64,000 bases of DNA. Origin: Mytilus trossulus. Taxonomy: Eukaryota. The stretch lies in assembly GCF_036588685.1 (NCBI RefSeq), contig NC_086386.1:30690001-30754000 (forward strand). Direction: 5' to 3'. Numbering within the stretch: position 1 is the stretch's first letter; each line of letters opens with the position of its first letter. Of this stretch, positions 1-29,211 are shown in pieces. The position numbers were made by a program, and so were the translations under genes. Under the pieces are notes generated by a model. That model made no database searches and was not told where the DNA came from. It saw only the letters and a program-made list of their open reading frames with translations.

Positions 1-2559
1 CATAGTAAAATCACAGATTTATTTTGAAATAAGATTGTTCTCGAACAAAGGAAGGAATTCGTCATCACAATTGTTATATATGCCACTGGACGAACACTAA
101 TTATCCAGAAGGGATGTGAATATTTTGCTGGAAAACTTTTGAGTATCAAAGTTTCAAATTAATTTCGGGATTTTTTTTTCTTTCTTGGTGTTCAATAAAA
201 GAAAAAAGAATAAATTACTTGTCCGCTAAATAAGGGTATTCTTGTCAGATGAAAGACTTTTAGTTATATTTAAAAAAAAAATAGGGAAATATGACATTAA
301 ATTGGTTCTGTCTTTTTTTTAAACATCGTTAAAAAGATGTGTGTCTATGGTGAACGCCACAAGAACCCTGTAATACTAGTACGAGAGTATAGCATGTAAA
401 CATTCCTTCTCAATAATATGGTTGTATTGGAAATCTTTTCATACAGATTGACAACTCATTGTCCGATATGCATGTAATATTTGCCACATGACGCCCATAG
501 TTCTTTCTACCATCATCATCTTATTCTTTGATATTGCTGTTAACATCGATGGTTCACACCCAAACAAAATGCGAGTAATGGACCTTCAGAGCTTCTCCGT
601 GTTATACACTTGTGAAATATATAGACGAAGTTTCTGTATTGAAATGAATATACATCTCACAAACAGGATTTTCAAATAACGATTTCGAGTAATCACCTTA
701 CAAACCAATATAAACGTATGGCAAGATATAACCATGAAGGAATTTAGTTTTTGTCAGACACAAGAACTCATCACTTTCATAAAGGTATACGTATATATGC
801 ATGCAATTTCAAATATCAAGAACAAGCGGTCCATGTCGATAGTCCGTTTTCTAACTGTTCGAGTTAGACATGTCACTTGTTCATTCTTGAAAGCTTTCAT
901 ATTCCCCGTCTAACGATGGGAACTGTTTCTGATTGTGTTGACTATAAATGCTTGTATGGTAATTCTGTCGTTTATGTGTACAAGCGGTTGCATTTCCTCT
1001 CCTTTCCAAACAAACAAACGAACGAAAGGCTACTAGTCTGCTTTCTCTGGAGCTCATCCTCAATGGCTCTTATACGTCAGGAAACTTACATGTATACTAA
1101 AAATGATTGTTTCAAGAACAACGATGTATGGATGAACTATTCTAAATTCGTCAATATCAGTTATGCATGACTTAAATATAACTTTTATTACAACTACTGT
1201 ATTACTTATTTGGATTAATGACGGCTATCATGTTCAACATTGCACAAATATTATCATAGAATTAAAAAAAAAATCCTCAAAAATCCTTAAAAAAAATTAA
1301 TACCTTAGCTTAGATAATTGGTATTTTTTCACAAAAAGTTCGTGTAAATGATTGTCAAATGAATTTAATTATGTAAGAATAAAATGTTAAAAAGAAACTA
1401 AAAAAAAATCATGTATGTTGTATTTTTTTGTCAATTAAAAACTTTAAAATTGCAATAGTTTTATTAGCATTTAAACACAGCCAATTTGAATACAAGTTAA
1501 GAATTTCCGGTAAAGTCAATGATATCAAACAGATGTACAATGGTATATCAAATTGGGTAATATTGCATTCAGTTTTTATTAGAGATTAAAACCACTATTT
1601 TTTACTTCATATTTGAATCTTTACGCCAATTGCCGCTAAGAAAGTAATCAAAAATTGTTTCCTTTTATTTTTATACATTTTCGGAATTACGAATCTGAAT
1701 TTTATTTTCAATTAATTTACACAATTTAATTATTAAATCTGTATTCTCATCGTGTATTACATCTTAGTGTATTAACATCGTGACATCATACTCTTTCTTA
1801 TCCTTTCTGTTTATCCTTTCCAAATAACAACATTTATACCTGTGTACGCTTGAACTCACACCTGCGGCTAAATAGCTATAAGGTAAACGAATTGACCTCA
1901 AGCCGAGAAATATACAGTGACCTTTACAAAATAATATACACACTCTGCTCACACATTAGTTGCACTGAAATGATTATCAAAACAATAATGGTAAATAGAA
2001 CTGAAATATTTGCAGTTCAATATCAGTAAAAATGTTCAATAAATATTTTATGAATAAAATCTCAACAATAATTAATTAAATTTATTCAAAAACATTTACT
2101 AGAGATAATTTTATAGGAGTTTAATTCAATCAATACAAAACGGTATATGCATATTCATTTTCGTTCATTCTTATACTGTGGTTAATAACTACGACCATTC
2201 GTCAGCTGTGCGCTTTTAATTATGTATATTGTCGATAAGCTATAAGAGTTAAACAGATTTTATTTTTTTCCAGAATTCAATAAATCGGGCTAATAAGTCA
2301 CGACCCACTCGAGAATTTAACCAAAAAAGTTACAAATACTTAAAACTTGAGATTGACCTAACTTTCTTAAATTATTTTGCAAGTTTATAGAAAGTTACAA
2401 AACAGTTAAGATTGATCATCGGTGATGAAATTCTAATGTTTATTAGAGGAGTATTAGTATTTCCTTTTGTTTTTATCAATAATTTTAACTTTAAGATAAT
2501 CCTATTAACAGCATAACCATAAATGAGTAGCCCCGAAAAATCCATTTGATTTCTTTAGT

Positions 2560-2568
2560 AAAGGATAC
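2560..2568 (-). other. U12-type (minor spliceosome) 5' splice site GTATCCTTT
   Basis: Minus strand reads ...AAT CAT GT|GTATCCTTTAC, a perfect U12 donor consensus exactly where RNF121 homology stops. Confidence 0.9.
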
Positions 2569-17302
<14,734 letters not shown>

Positions 17303-17550
17303 TCTTTTTATCTGGTAACTGAGGATTTTTAATTTAGGCATAAAAACGCAGAAGACCGTAAACCAGTATATTTCCGATAACTATATAAGAAGTACTTTTG
17401 TCCCGGTTAAAATAAATTATTTATTATGTTTATGTTACATTAACTACACCATTTTTTATGTATTGTATGCCTTAAACACAAAACAAAAATCAACAAAAAA
17501 ACACCAGTAAAATATCGTTTCATCTCGGCCTCTTGTAGAGTGTTCTTCTT

Positions 17551-19367
17551 TTAAGGTGGTATACGGGTAGATATGTTTGTATGGGAGTCTATTAAAATAA
17601 AAATGATAGAATTTGTTCATACTTTGCCAAATCGTAGTATCTATTGATTAATGTTCAAAAATATAATAAAAATGATAGGTCACACCACATTTTCTCAAGC
17701 TACAGATTGTGACAAAATGACATATTTTGTATGGATTATACAGGAAAAAAACACCATTTTGTGATTAGAAACTAAACAAAATGATAGAATTGGAAAATAA
17801 ATTGGGAAAAAGCTTTCAGACAATGCTTTGAGAATATCAAAAGAAAAAATGCACTGTTTTAGAGTCACTTCCCTTTAAAATGCCAAATTTGAAAAAAATA
17901 AAAACAACCAAAAATAATCTATGCTTGTAAAAATTTCAAAATTTATAAGTTATATTATTATAAATTTGTTGTTTTAAATGAAAATTCACATTAAATATCT
18001 GGATTTCTGAATCAAGTTTTGCTAACTTTATAGAAAATCTTGACCTTGATCTCTATTTTTTTTACAATACAAGATGGAAACTACTATCAAAGAACTAATC
18101 AAGCCGACCGTGCAAGGGCTGTATAGCCAGTCGAGGTCGTTAAAAACTTCCATTTGTTGAGAACTAATCACTAACTTAAGGTGGTATGGGAATCTAAAAT
18201 AAAAATGATAGAATAGGTTCATACTTTACCAAAACATAGTATCTATTGATATATGAAGAAACGTATAATAAAAATGATAGGTCACCGTGCATTTTCTCAA
18301 GCTACAGAACGTGACTAAATGACACATTTTGTTATTAGAAACTAAACAACATGATAGAATTGTTAAATACTTAAGGGCATACGATACATTTTTGATCCTG
18401 TATTTACAAGTTCATTAAAATTTGCATATAGGCTATTTTTTACCTGATTAAATCAAATATGTCATAAAAAATATACCTTCATGTGCTACTTTTTGAGTAA
18501 AATGAGGTCGAAAGTTTGTATATTTGCTCAAAATTCAGATTTGTTGCCGTAATTTCTTTTTCGAAAGAAAGACATAACTTTTTTTGTAATAAAAGATAAA
18601 CACAAATTATTTTTTTGTTAAATAATCGGTAATTCCTGTATTTTATAAATATCCTAAAAAATATGCAATTTTTTATTCAGAAATAACTCATATTTATCAA
18701 ATGTTCATGAATTGAGGAAAAAACGTAATTTTTTACTGCATGTTTATCAAAATTAAAAAAAATCCTCTATTTACAGTTTTATAAAATTTGGGTCACATAA
18801 TCTCCATGCAAAATGAAACAAAATGCCGTTTTGAAAAATAGGGGTCCATGAACTCGTTTTCAAATTAAATCAGTTTGAATGATAGAAATCAGTTGAAAAA
18901 TTCATCTTTTCCCGATATGTCACAGTTTGACGTCGCGAAAATAACAAATTACGTTACAACGTCATTACCTTCCCTGTAACTGTATCGTAAGCCCTTAAGG
19001 AAAAGATAGCTTTCAGACAATGTTTTGAGAATATCAAAAGATAAGTTAGGGTCACCGTATGTTTTTCCCGGCTAAAATACAAAATAGGAAAATTCCATGT
19101 AGAATTCTTCAGAAAATGCACTGTTTTAGAGCTACTTCCCCTTAAAATGTCATTTTTTTTTAATGAAAACAACCATAAATAATCAACATTTGCAAAGATA
19201 TTTTATAATTATAAGTTATATTCTTATAAAATTGTTCTTTTAAATGATCATTCACGTTTAAAATCTCCATTCCTGCATCAAATTTTTCTAACTTGATAGA
19301 AAATCTGGACCTTTGGTTCTCAGTTTTTTTACAATCCAAGATGGAGGAAAACACCCATACCACCTTA
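17551..19367. mobile_element. Cluster of TTAA-targeting (Kolobok-like) non-autonomous elements: two related copies plus a nested insertion at 18375-18994
   Basis: TTAAGGTGGTA at about 17551 and 18176, end CCATACCACCTTAA at 19367; homologous bodies; inner element TTAA|GGGCATACGATACA...TGTATCGTAAGCCC|TTAA. Confidence 0.7.
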
Positions 19368-19939
19368 AATAAATTGTAATAGATCTAAAACATGTGAAAG
19401 AAAATATATGAAGATAGTGGAATCAACTTTTTTTTAGATTTTAAAAATTCTTTTGCTGTTGACAGTTTCCCCTTCTTTTTTTTAACCTTTTACTCTACAC
19501 TTCTACACACATGACACAATCAGGCTTATCAAATAAAATTGTCAAGTCTCAATTAATTGAATGGTCGTTTGGTAAACCGGGTTACCCGAATGAAATATAA
19601 TTGCTGCAACTTTATTTAAAGCCGTCTTCTCTAACGATGTAGGTAAATAATATACTGGATATATTTACGCAGGAGATATGATGAGATGATTAATAGCAGA
19701 CTTATTTTGTATTGTTATGAATCACAGTTTGTGGCCAACATTAGTAAAGATTATCTTAATTGCATTAGATTGATCAATTCAATAACATTTACCGTTTTCA
19801 ATTGGTGATATTTCAGTTACGTTAAATAATCAAGAAATTTTAAATATACTGCCGAAATTTATCACTTTAGGCAAATCAAATGTAAACCAACTGTTCTTTT
19901 TTCCTAGTTTTAGATATTTCAGTTTTAGATATTGCATAC

Positions 19940-20320
19940 TTTGCACTAAAATCTACAACAAACAGGACGATTTTCCGTTCCCTATTGTTAACTTTCCTTT
20001 TGTTGTTTATGGTGATGTTACTTTGACACTATCTTACGGTGGTGGTGGATACATATCATAACTCAGCCACGTTGCCCGTGTCTGTTGTGATGTTTTGGAT
20101 TTTTGTGAAGGTAATTGATCTATGTATTACTGGTAAATTATTAAGTCAGGGATTTCGTTACTGCAAATTACTCAAACCCTTTACCATGTTTACTTAATTC
20201 TTCCGACATAGATTTAGAAAGATTGGTTTTGAAATTTGATTGTAAATTCAGAAAACTTATTTCAAACGGGATAGCACATCCTCATTTTTACGAAAATGTT
20301 GTTTTCCGTGTCCGGAAATA
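19940..20320 (+). mobile_element. Degenerate reverse-transcriptase remnant (Penelope-like)
   Basis: Broken frames give TKIYNKQDDFPFPIVNFPF, SYG, YIS and KLLSQGFRY motifs; frameshifted. Confidence 0.55.
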
Positions 20321-21940
20321 ATTAATTCATGACGTCTTTACACTAAATCCATTGGATGTCGGAAGTTGCATGTGTATAATGATTTATACTTTAGTCTTAA
20401 GATTCCGCTGAAACGTTTAACCCCACCGTATTTTGTATATATGTGCCTTTCCGAAGTCAGGAGCCTGTAATTCAGTGGTTGCCGATTGTTGCATCGTCCA
20501 TCACCGTTATATCTTTAAAAGCTGGGGCAAATTAAAACCAACTGGACAAATACTTACTACCGAGTAAATCAAGTAAAAAACATATGTCATATGTTCATGT
20601 CTATACAAAACCAACATGAACGACATGACTAAAAATAGAACAGTCGGGTTGAAATGAAAGTGTTTTTCTAATATCATGGAAAACTGCTGTAATTATAGAA
20701 AATTTGACGGAGGCAGAAATGTTCAGAGAGTTGCGATTAATCAGCTGTCAATTTCAACCAAAAATGTTAGGTTACTCCATAAAATAGTTTTTGGCCTTAA
20801 CTGAAAATGTTTATCATTGTTTACATTCTTTCATATATGATTAATAAGAAGATGTGGTATGATTGCCAATGAGACTTATAAAAAAACACCTTTATAGACG
20901 TAGATGTAATCATGTAAGTATAGTATTGACGTGATGTAATCAAATATAGGTGATCATAGGTCACCTCACGACCTTTAACAGTTCCATGAGATCCATATGG
21001 CATTTATTGAATAAACTGTTATAATGGTATAGCGTTAATTTATAATGATGAGGATGATATATGAAACTTTCATACCGAGTTATTTATGCATATCAATAAC
21101 GAAAACAAGTACGAGAGGCACACCCAATGCACTTTTAATATATATTTAAAGAATGACTGCATGTAATTTTTTCTTTCTAGCCTTCTGTCTATGAAGAAAT
21201 AACATCAAAAAAGTGTGAATAACCCGCGTAGAAATTATTTCAATAGCAAAAAAACAAATTTGTTATTAATTTACATTTTAAACCAGAGTAAACCATGTTA
21301 ATCGCCGATGACGTCACGGTCACATGACAAAATGATGTCTATGAGCTGATAAACAAAACGTCAGTCAATCAGAAGACGCGAACACATTCAAAATTAAATT
21401 ATATGAAAATATCTGTGTGACTAACATAAATAATATGCTATTGTTTGATGTTTGTATTACTTCAACACCATCACAGTGCACACAGTGTGTACTTAATGCA
21501 ACTATCATACACTTGAGAGGTTATATAAGCTAGCTATTCAACCAGGTTTAATCCAGCATTATCTACACTAGAAAAGGTCTGTTCCAAGTTAGGAATATGA
21601 CAATTGTAATCTTATCGATTGTTTGATGTGTTTGAGCTTTTGATTTTACCATTCGGTGTTGGACTTTCTGTTTTAAATATTCTCGGAGTTACGAATTTTT
21701 TGTTATTTTACTTTTTGCATTTACTTCAATGACACTGTATTTCGACTATGTCTTTGTCATATATATGTGGTATTCAATTTATCACAAATATTTCTGAAAG
21801 AGACAACAAAAATGATGTGATTTTATTTCTTCATTAAAAAAAAATGATTGTTTTAAACAAACACAGAGACTAGATGACCTTGGTAGCGTTGTTCCTTTTA
21901 ATTGGTTATTCTTAGTCTGATTGCTTTCTCGCAAAAACAA

Positions 21941-24900
21941 TTATTTGCACTGAACAACTCCTCTGTTCATTAATGGACCTTCTTTAAATAAAAACAGTGC
22001 TGGCCAAACGACATAGTCTAATGTATCTCCATCTTTAGTATAGGGTTTGAAGCTAGTCTTGTCTATATATTTCATATCACAGTCAAATTGCAAATACATT
22101 TCTGGTGACTTTATCCTCATGTAAAAACACATTTCAACACACCGCTGTATATAGATAGTACATATTGATATAATGCTGTCTTTTAATTTTGCCAAGAGCA
22201 CCTAGAAAATAAAAAAAAAATGAAAATATATTTTTATATCTAATTTGAAATGTAATTTTAGAATGTGTTTGAATTATAAAGCATCATTCTTGGCTTTCAA
22301 ATATTCCCCTAAAAGTGCGTTCCGGATGTATATAAACTCAGAAAATTGCTTTGGACGCACGAAATTTATAAAGTGTTGTTTCCAATTTTTGTAAATTACC
22401 ATAAAATTTGTTAGAAGCCCATTTTTGTCACAACGACGACAGTCGTAATGTCTTAAGCAAAGGATGACTAACTTTTGATTTGGCAGTCATTTATTTCTAC
22501 TCTGAGAAAGTACTACTTACATAAAGTAAATTACACCTTGTGATTTTTTTAACGCGCATTTCACATCTTTTTTCTTGCTTCAAACCAACTGAGGATTAAT
22601 TTACCTTTTCGATTTCTGTTTGCAGATGTCGAATAACAGAAGACGATATGGAAACTGCAAATTCTAAAATACGACTATGAGGACATTGCTGCAAGTACAA
22701 AGAAACTTCTAAAGTAACGCAAGGATAATAGCAGAAAAAATATAATAGTGCAAATCTAAGTTCTTGGTCAATATACGAATTTACATTAACTGCAATATTA
22801 TTTCAAACATAAATAAATGATTTTTCACGAATACAGTTTAAGCAAAGTAGAAAATTTGTCTATGGTGTACAGTAAAGTTATTTATCTTTTTCCAAATAAC
22901 AATAGAAACACTAATCTTAAATTGAATACAATTTTCTTCTTCTCAAAATGCATGTTCAAAATCGAATTCTTATATACCATAGAAACTGTAAAATGATAAC
23001 AACGTAAAACAGGTACTTTATGTTATCTTTATTTCATTGTTTGCTAATTTATACAAACAAGGTAATTACATGTACATTTGTAAATCATTATCTAATAGTT
23101 AAAGTAGACCGAATACATAGTAAAACACTTGTTAAACGTACCTGGTTGCCCACAAACCATTCCTGTATGTGACTAGAGAATTTACCAACCTGATCTAATG
23201 TTTCTTCATATATAACCTGAAATATTCGAATCAATATAATTTTGCTTCCAATAGTTTGAGCGTCTGCGTAATATGTTGACATCATTTGTTCAAACAACTA
23301 TTTAAGAATAATATTAAGACAAATTGTGACCAAAAGAACTCTTTTTAGTGTCTGACGTTCATTATCAAGTTTTTACTTCTTCAACATCTAATGCTTATAG
23401 CTGATAAAAAATAATATCCGTGCCTCTTCGGGATATTTATTGGAATAAGTTATATAAAGTTCATTTTGTAATTTGTTTGGTCTCATTTCTTGCCGAGATG
23501 ACGACACTGTCACCTCTCCTATACTTCACAAGTGGTGAGACTGTAATAGTTTAAACCTAATTTATTGTTCAAAATCACAAATGGATTAGACACAAGTTTT
23601 ACAACTTAGTAACGTCTTCTCCAATCTGATTGTTCTCTCATGAAAAGCAAAGATTTGTTTTATTCTACAGTATGGCTCCCTCCCCATAATTTCATGCAAT
23701 TCATATGCATACAATTTAATCCATTTTTGTACTATGTTTCATCTCCAGCAGATATTCTGCGCAGAAATAAATAAAACATAAAACTTTTGTTAACATAAAT
23801 ACTGAAGCCCTTAAAGGACAGGTTTCATTTCATCCCAACCTTAGTAAGTTAGTAGTACCTTCAACAAATTAAAAAGGATATCAACTGTGCTTTGTTCGTC
23901 TTGATTCTCATTTTGCGACTGAAGACCAGTAAAAGCATCAAGCCATTCGTTGTCATATATATCACTAAGCATTTCAGATAACTTCTGTGGTCTGTTTGGA
24001 TCATTTAGATTTGTTATTTGTGGATTGTTCTCTTGTAACTGCTTCCCCATCAATTCACTCAGTCTGAAATATGTTTTGATGGGTATCATAATTTAATTTG
24101 AATTATGTAATAGCAATTAGAATCTGAAAGGAATCTAGATGCGTGTACACTTAATCTGATTATCTTATGGGATCGTTGACGTTTGGTTTTTTTTTCTGTA
24201 CGCTAGACGCGTGATTCATCTAGATTTTTTTTAAAAGGCCCTAAATAAATACGCAAAGAGCTTTAAGCAATGCTACTATATTCTAGAGAGTTATTACATT
24301 CTTAGCATTGCCAGAATTTCCAGGTTTTAGAAATTGAGTAGAACTAAACACCACAGACAATACGCCAAGTTATTATCTCAAACTCAGCTGGAAGAAAACT
24401 CACCGTAATGCTAGATCGTTCTTTTCTTCATGACACTTTGTAAGATCTCTTTTACATCCGTCCAGCTCTCTTTCCAAACTGAAAAACGTTAGTATGTCAT
24501 CAGTTCTATATATATATAAGGAAATGCACTGAACGATTGGAACTAGAATTGTATGAACACCACATTATTAACACCTGTAGTAGTCGATGCTTCGAAAGTG
24601 GTATTGGCTATGTAACTGATAAGTTATTGGTTAGTAAATGATTAAGACTAAGCTTCTCTGACAAGGCTGAGATTGTGAAATTACATTTGCTTAACACACT
24701 TAGTAGTCTTATATCTATTGATCATTTCTAACACTCCGCCTGGTCGTTCTGAAATAAGGCAATCTTCAAAAAGGTAAAACTGAACATATTTTGATTTTTT
24801 TCTTACATGTATGACGTAAACCCAAGATATATGTGCCAAGTTACAACCCGGTTTGTAATATTATGTTGACCTGGTTCGGTACTTTTACATCCCGCCATAG

Positions 24901-27900
24901 TGTTATTGTGCTATTATGGTATTTGTTTTTTTTGTATTTTTGACGTTCATTAGGCTTGCGTTTTAACTGATGAGTCTTATGTAGACGAAACGCGCGTCTG
25001 GCGTACTAAATTATAATCCTGGTACCTTTGATAACTATTAACTATATTCAACTTTAAATTTAACGGGAAAAAAAACACCATTAAGTTACATGCAAGCTCA
25101 TAAAAAATTCTTTGTTGACATCATTTGAATATGGTTCCCCTTTTTTGAAATTTGTACCTATTATGGCTGTTAGATTTGTTCACATAATGATATTGTTTTC
25201 AATATAATTTGATTTTTAACTCCTGCCATACAAGTGAGAGGTTTAGCTAACTTTGAAACCAGATTTAATCTACAGATTTCTACGTAAGAAAATGTATCAA
25301 GTCAGTCAGTTGTTTGCCGTTCGAACGATATTCTGGAGATTTTGATTTTGCCATTTGAAAAGTAACTTTGCGTTTTGAATTTTCCATGCTGTTTAGTATT
25401 TTTGTTATTTTCCTATGAAAATAAAGGCTCTTACTTATCCAGAAACTGAAAAAATAACCGAGTTACAATATCAGAATGCTCTAACAGCTAAAGTAGTTTA
25501 GTTAATGATGCGTGAAGAATTTTGAATTAAGCTTTACAACAGTCTGACATAATGCCATATGAAAATCAACAGAAGAATCAAAAATGCAAGTCAAGAAGGA
25601 TGTTCAATTAATATAAAAATATGCACAATGATAAAGAGTTTTGTTATCATCATGATCATGTCGCGTTTGCAAGTCAAGAATATGGCAGTTTGTTTTCCAT
25701 ACGTAAGATATGTTTGAGATTTGGAATTTGCCCTTCTTTAAGTAACTTTGCGTTTTGAATTTTCCTTGAAGTTCGTTATTTTTGTTATTTTTCTATTTGA
25801 TAAAGGCTCTAACCTTTCCAGTGTCTTCACTTGCGTATCTTCCTGTTGAGCTTGATTGTCTGTACCTTGATCTCTTGTTTGACCTTTTGATGTGTCGCTA
25901 AAATAAAAGTTTAAATGTTGCGAAAAATACATTCAAAATAAAAATGATACACATGTTAAGAAACTCGACAAAATAAACTATTATTGTTTAATATCAAACA
26001 TTGTTTAAATTTCAGATGATTTTGTTATTCAAAATCTGTTAAAAACAGTTTTAAAATAACGAAAGTTAAAGATTGTGTAGAGTTGGGTATTCCAAGAAAG
26101 AACAAACAAGTATCAATTATGTGTAACCATGACCTTTACCATCTAGAGTCATATATAATTTGTCTGGCTATTTTTGTCATGTGGATAGGAACTTCCTCAA
26201 AAACAGCTGTTTCTCTCTTGTGAAATCAATTTAGATCCATATTATTGAATTTTCAAACAAATGGCACAAACGTATATGACAGTTTTTTTTTACTGGTTTA
26301 CGCTCCATTTTGTATCTTCAATTTTGATTTTTTATGCACAATATCACAAAGTATAAAAACAAGCTTCATGACAGACTGTATTTTATCCACATTGAATAAC
26401 CATCTTTTAAATAACATCTTGGCGAAAAATATTGTACCTCTTAACCAATAGCAATGGCATCGAATTTGTGTGGCTCTGTCGTATTGTTTTTAATGTTTTT
26501 AATCAATTAGTGCTTCGTTTAAAAGAGAGGCAAAATATGTCCTTACACGGGACATATACACTTATAAGTCAAAAACAAACCTTCAGCTCCATGACAAAAA
26601 GGCCCCGGCAAATTAAGAAATGACACAATCGACAATATACAAAACACAACACAACACAGAAAGGTCACAGGTTACAACTCCGTCGGGCAACTTGATCATA
26701 AGTGGTTGTTTAAGCTTTTGGGGAAAGTTCTGGAAAGTCTTATTTTTATAGTTTTAAACGTTTATCTCTTTAGCATTCTTATTTTGAAAACGTTGGTCAC
26801 AAACACGAACGGAATTCTGAAACATTATTGATTAACACGTGTCCATACTAAATTTCAAGAAGATTTGGATAGTTTGAACCAGCTGACGAGGACAAAATAT
26901 TCTAATCAATTTTAATACATGAGCCAGTTTAAAACCAGAAAATACCGTAGTGTCATTTGAATTCAGAAAAAATAAAAAATAAGCACCAGTATGATGGCTG
27001 ATGTACTACTTTGGTCTCATTGACTTAAACTTTGCAATTTTGTTCAGTTTTTTTTTTTATGAATAATCTGAAAGAATAGAAATAGAGACACAGACAATAG
27101 GCAAACATGGTTGCTAGCAAAATGTATTGATAATGATTTACCTCCATGTCGAAGTCGATGTGACATTATTTGTGTTGTTATTTTTGACTCTTTTCTTCTT
27201 TTTACTAAAAGAAATAATGTTATTAATCACAAATACTCAAATCTAGAGAATAATTACAAAGTCTTAAATGTACCTCCGGAGTAGATTTTTGTTCTATTTT
27301 CGGTTGTTTTGTATATAAACATTTCGTTGTGTAAAGTAAGCTTGATATAAACAGCCGAAAGTTTCTTCCGAGCTTATAAATAAATAATTTTGAGTTAATT
27401 TATACGAATTTGTCAACGCAAACTGCTTGGCACAAAATGATTAAAAATTGGTGATTATATTTCACATTTTAGTATAGGTTAATGAAAATCTAATATATGC
27501 AGCAAGGCTCAACTAAATGAAATTAAGTGTTCGGTTGTCATGTTTTCACCACCCATAAAAACACTTTCTCAATCCCGTTCTATTGTTCATAGTCTTCCGA
27601 AGCACATGCGACTATCTCCCTGTTTTTTGATAGAATGTGTGTTACTTATGCCGTGTTCACACCAAACGTCGTGTACAGTAAACATGTTTACATTTTGTTT
27701 AATGTAATCTGCACTAGTTTCACATTAAATTTGTTCACATCTATACACCTTGTTTAGCTACCTGTACATAAGATTTGTTCACACTTGTAAACTATATGTC
27801 ATTTAAATGTTCATTAGGAAGAACCGAATTCTAATTATTGACCAACTTTTCTAGCAGTTAGGGAACGATTATTTGACTTATAAAAAGGGGGACGGATTTT

Positions 27901-29211
27901 TCCTCAAATTGAGTAAAAAAAATCGAGTTATTCAGATGTTTAGTATGAAAAAAACATTCTGAATCCAAAGTTTCCCCATACATTACAGTGTTAAATATTG
28001 AATGGGTACCATCGAAAAAAAAATAATTATCAACTTTCGCGCGCAAACAAAAATCTGACTCAGACTTCCCCTCCCCCATTTTTTTGGAAGTAAAGTGGTT
28101 GCTCCTTTCAGAAAGTAATTTTGGATGATTTGCAGTAGTTTAAAGATGTGTCGATTGCGCATTAAAAACATTGGCTCGCCATCAGCGTGCCTACAGAAAA
28201 AAAAAGAATTGGGATGCTTAGGATCACTACATTTCTATCTTTTTTGTTTGTTTAAAATAGTATTTATTTCTCCAAAAATATTTGGCAAAGGGTGGGGTAA
28301 TCTTTTTTTTTTAATTTCTAATTGTATTTAAACGGATTTGAGATACTACACAAACAAACAATTAACCTCTCCCTTTTTTAGTAATGCATTTATGAGTGAA
28401 TCGTTGTTTGAGTAAAAAAACCAATGACAAATATTTCTGTCAGTGTGTACGTCCAATATTAATCGATGCGGGAAGACCTTTTCAAATGAATTATGTGTTC
28501 GGCAATGATGATGGGTTTAAGTCTTGATTAGGGGTTAATAAGGCTACGTAAAGTGTTTTTATAACAAATAAATATATCTAGTTTTTACAAATATTTCTGT
28601 GAAGAACTTTTTTAATAAGTGTTATAAGTATCAAGTTTATTTAAAAATTGTTTCATTTTTAAATATACATGGGGAAAATAAAGTTATGAATGCCTAGTTT
28701 TGTGTACACTAAGCCTACACAAGGCCTACACCGACTATCGACTGCATGTAGACAAAACATGATTTAAACTACATGTAAACATTGTGTTTTATCAATGGGA
28801 ATGTAATTGTGTTTTGTTTATGTGTGAGTTACACTAACACAACACCTAGTTCTGGTCTATGTGAACACGGCCTTAGTCTTCTGCCTTTGATGTGTGGTTT
28901 GTGTAGTGTTGTTCTTCTTTTCGTCATTTTTATCCTTTGCCTATTTTTTCATGTAATTGTTATATGTGCGGTACAAGTTTCAGCATTTTTTCATTAATTT
29001 ATTTGCAGAATTTCATTCTATTATATCCCTCTTTAGTGTTCACAGCGGATGGCTTTGAAAGGTGTTGTGGAATGTTAACCTAGTAAAACATATGTATTTT
29101 AAAACAATTATGGGCTAAACTTTAATAAATCATACCACCATGGAAAACAACACCAGTATGTATATTCCACGTCTTCTTCTGGATTAACTTGTCTTTCATA
29201 ATTCGAACATT
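21941..29211 (-). CDS. Mitochondria-eating protein (Mieap/SPATA18) C-terminal-domain family protein; start exon not located
   Basis: Phase-consistent exons: 29211-29136, 27204-27142, 25897-25814, 24478-24404 (coiled coil LERELDGCKRDLTKCHEEKNDLALR), 24063-23859 (LSELMGKQLQENNPQITNLNDPNRPQKLSEMLSDIYDNEWLDAF), 23216-23142, 22688-22605, 22201-21941 (YIQRCVEMCFYM...YVVWPALFLFKEGPLMNRGVVQCK*). RPxKL..YDNEW.DA and WPAL..GP...G motifs are characteristic of Mieap-like proteins. Confidence 0.8.
27649..28872. mobile_element. PIF/Harbinger-like non-autonomous element
   Basis: TTA|TGCCGTGTTCACA ... TGTGAACACGGCC|TTA: short TIR with a 3-bp TTA duplication. Confidence 0.6.

Noticed and set aside
340-1170. 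Slightly GC-richer, coding-like stretch (possible decayed transposase or missing RNF121 exons)
   Set aside because: Stops in the frames examined, no recognisable motif, no FHEFC or WERPH sequence.
27274-27372. Extra exon of the Mieap-like gene
   Set aside because: It has AG/GT ends, but the frame compatible with the next exon contains TAG.
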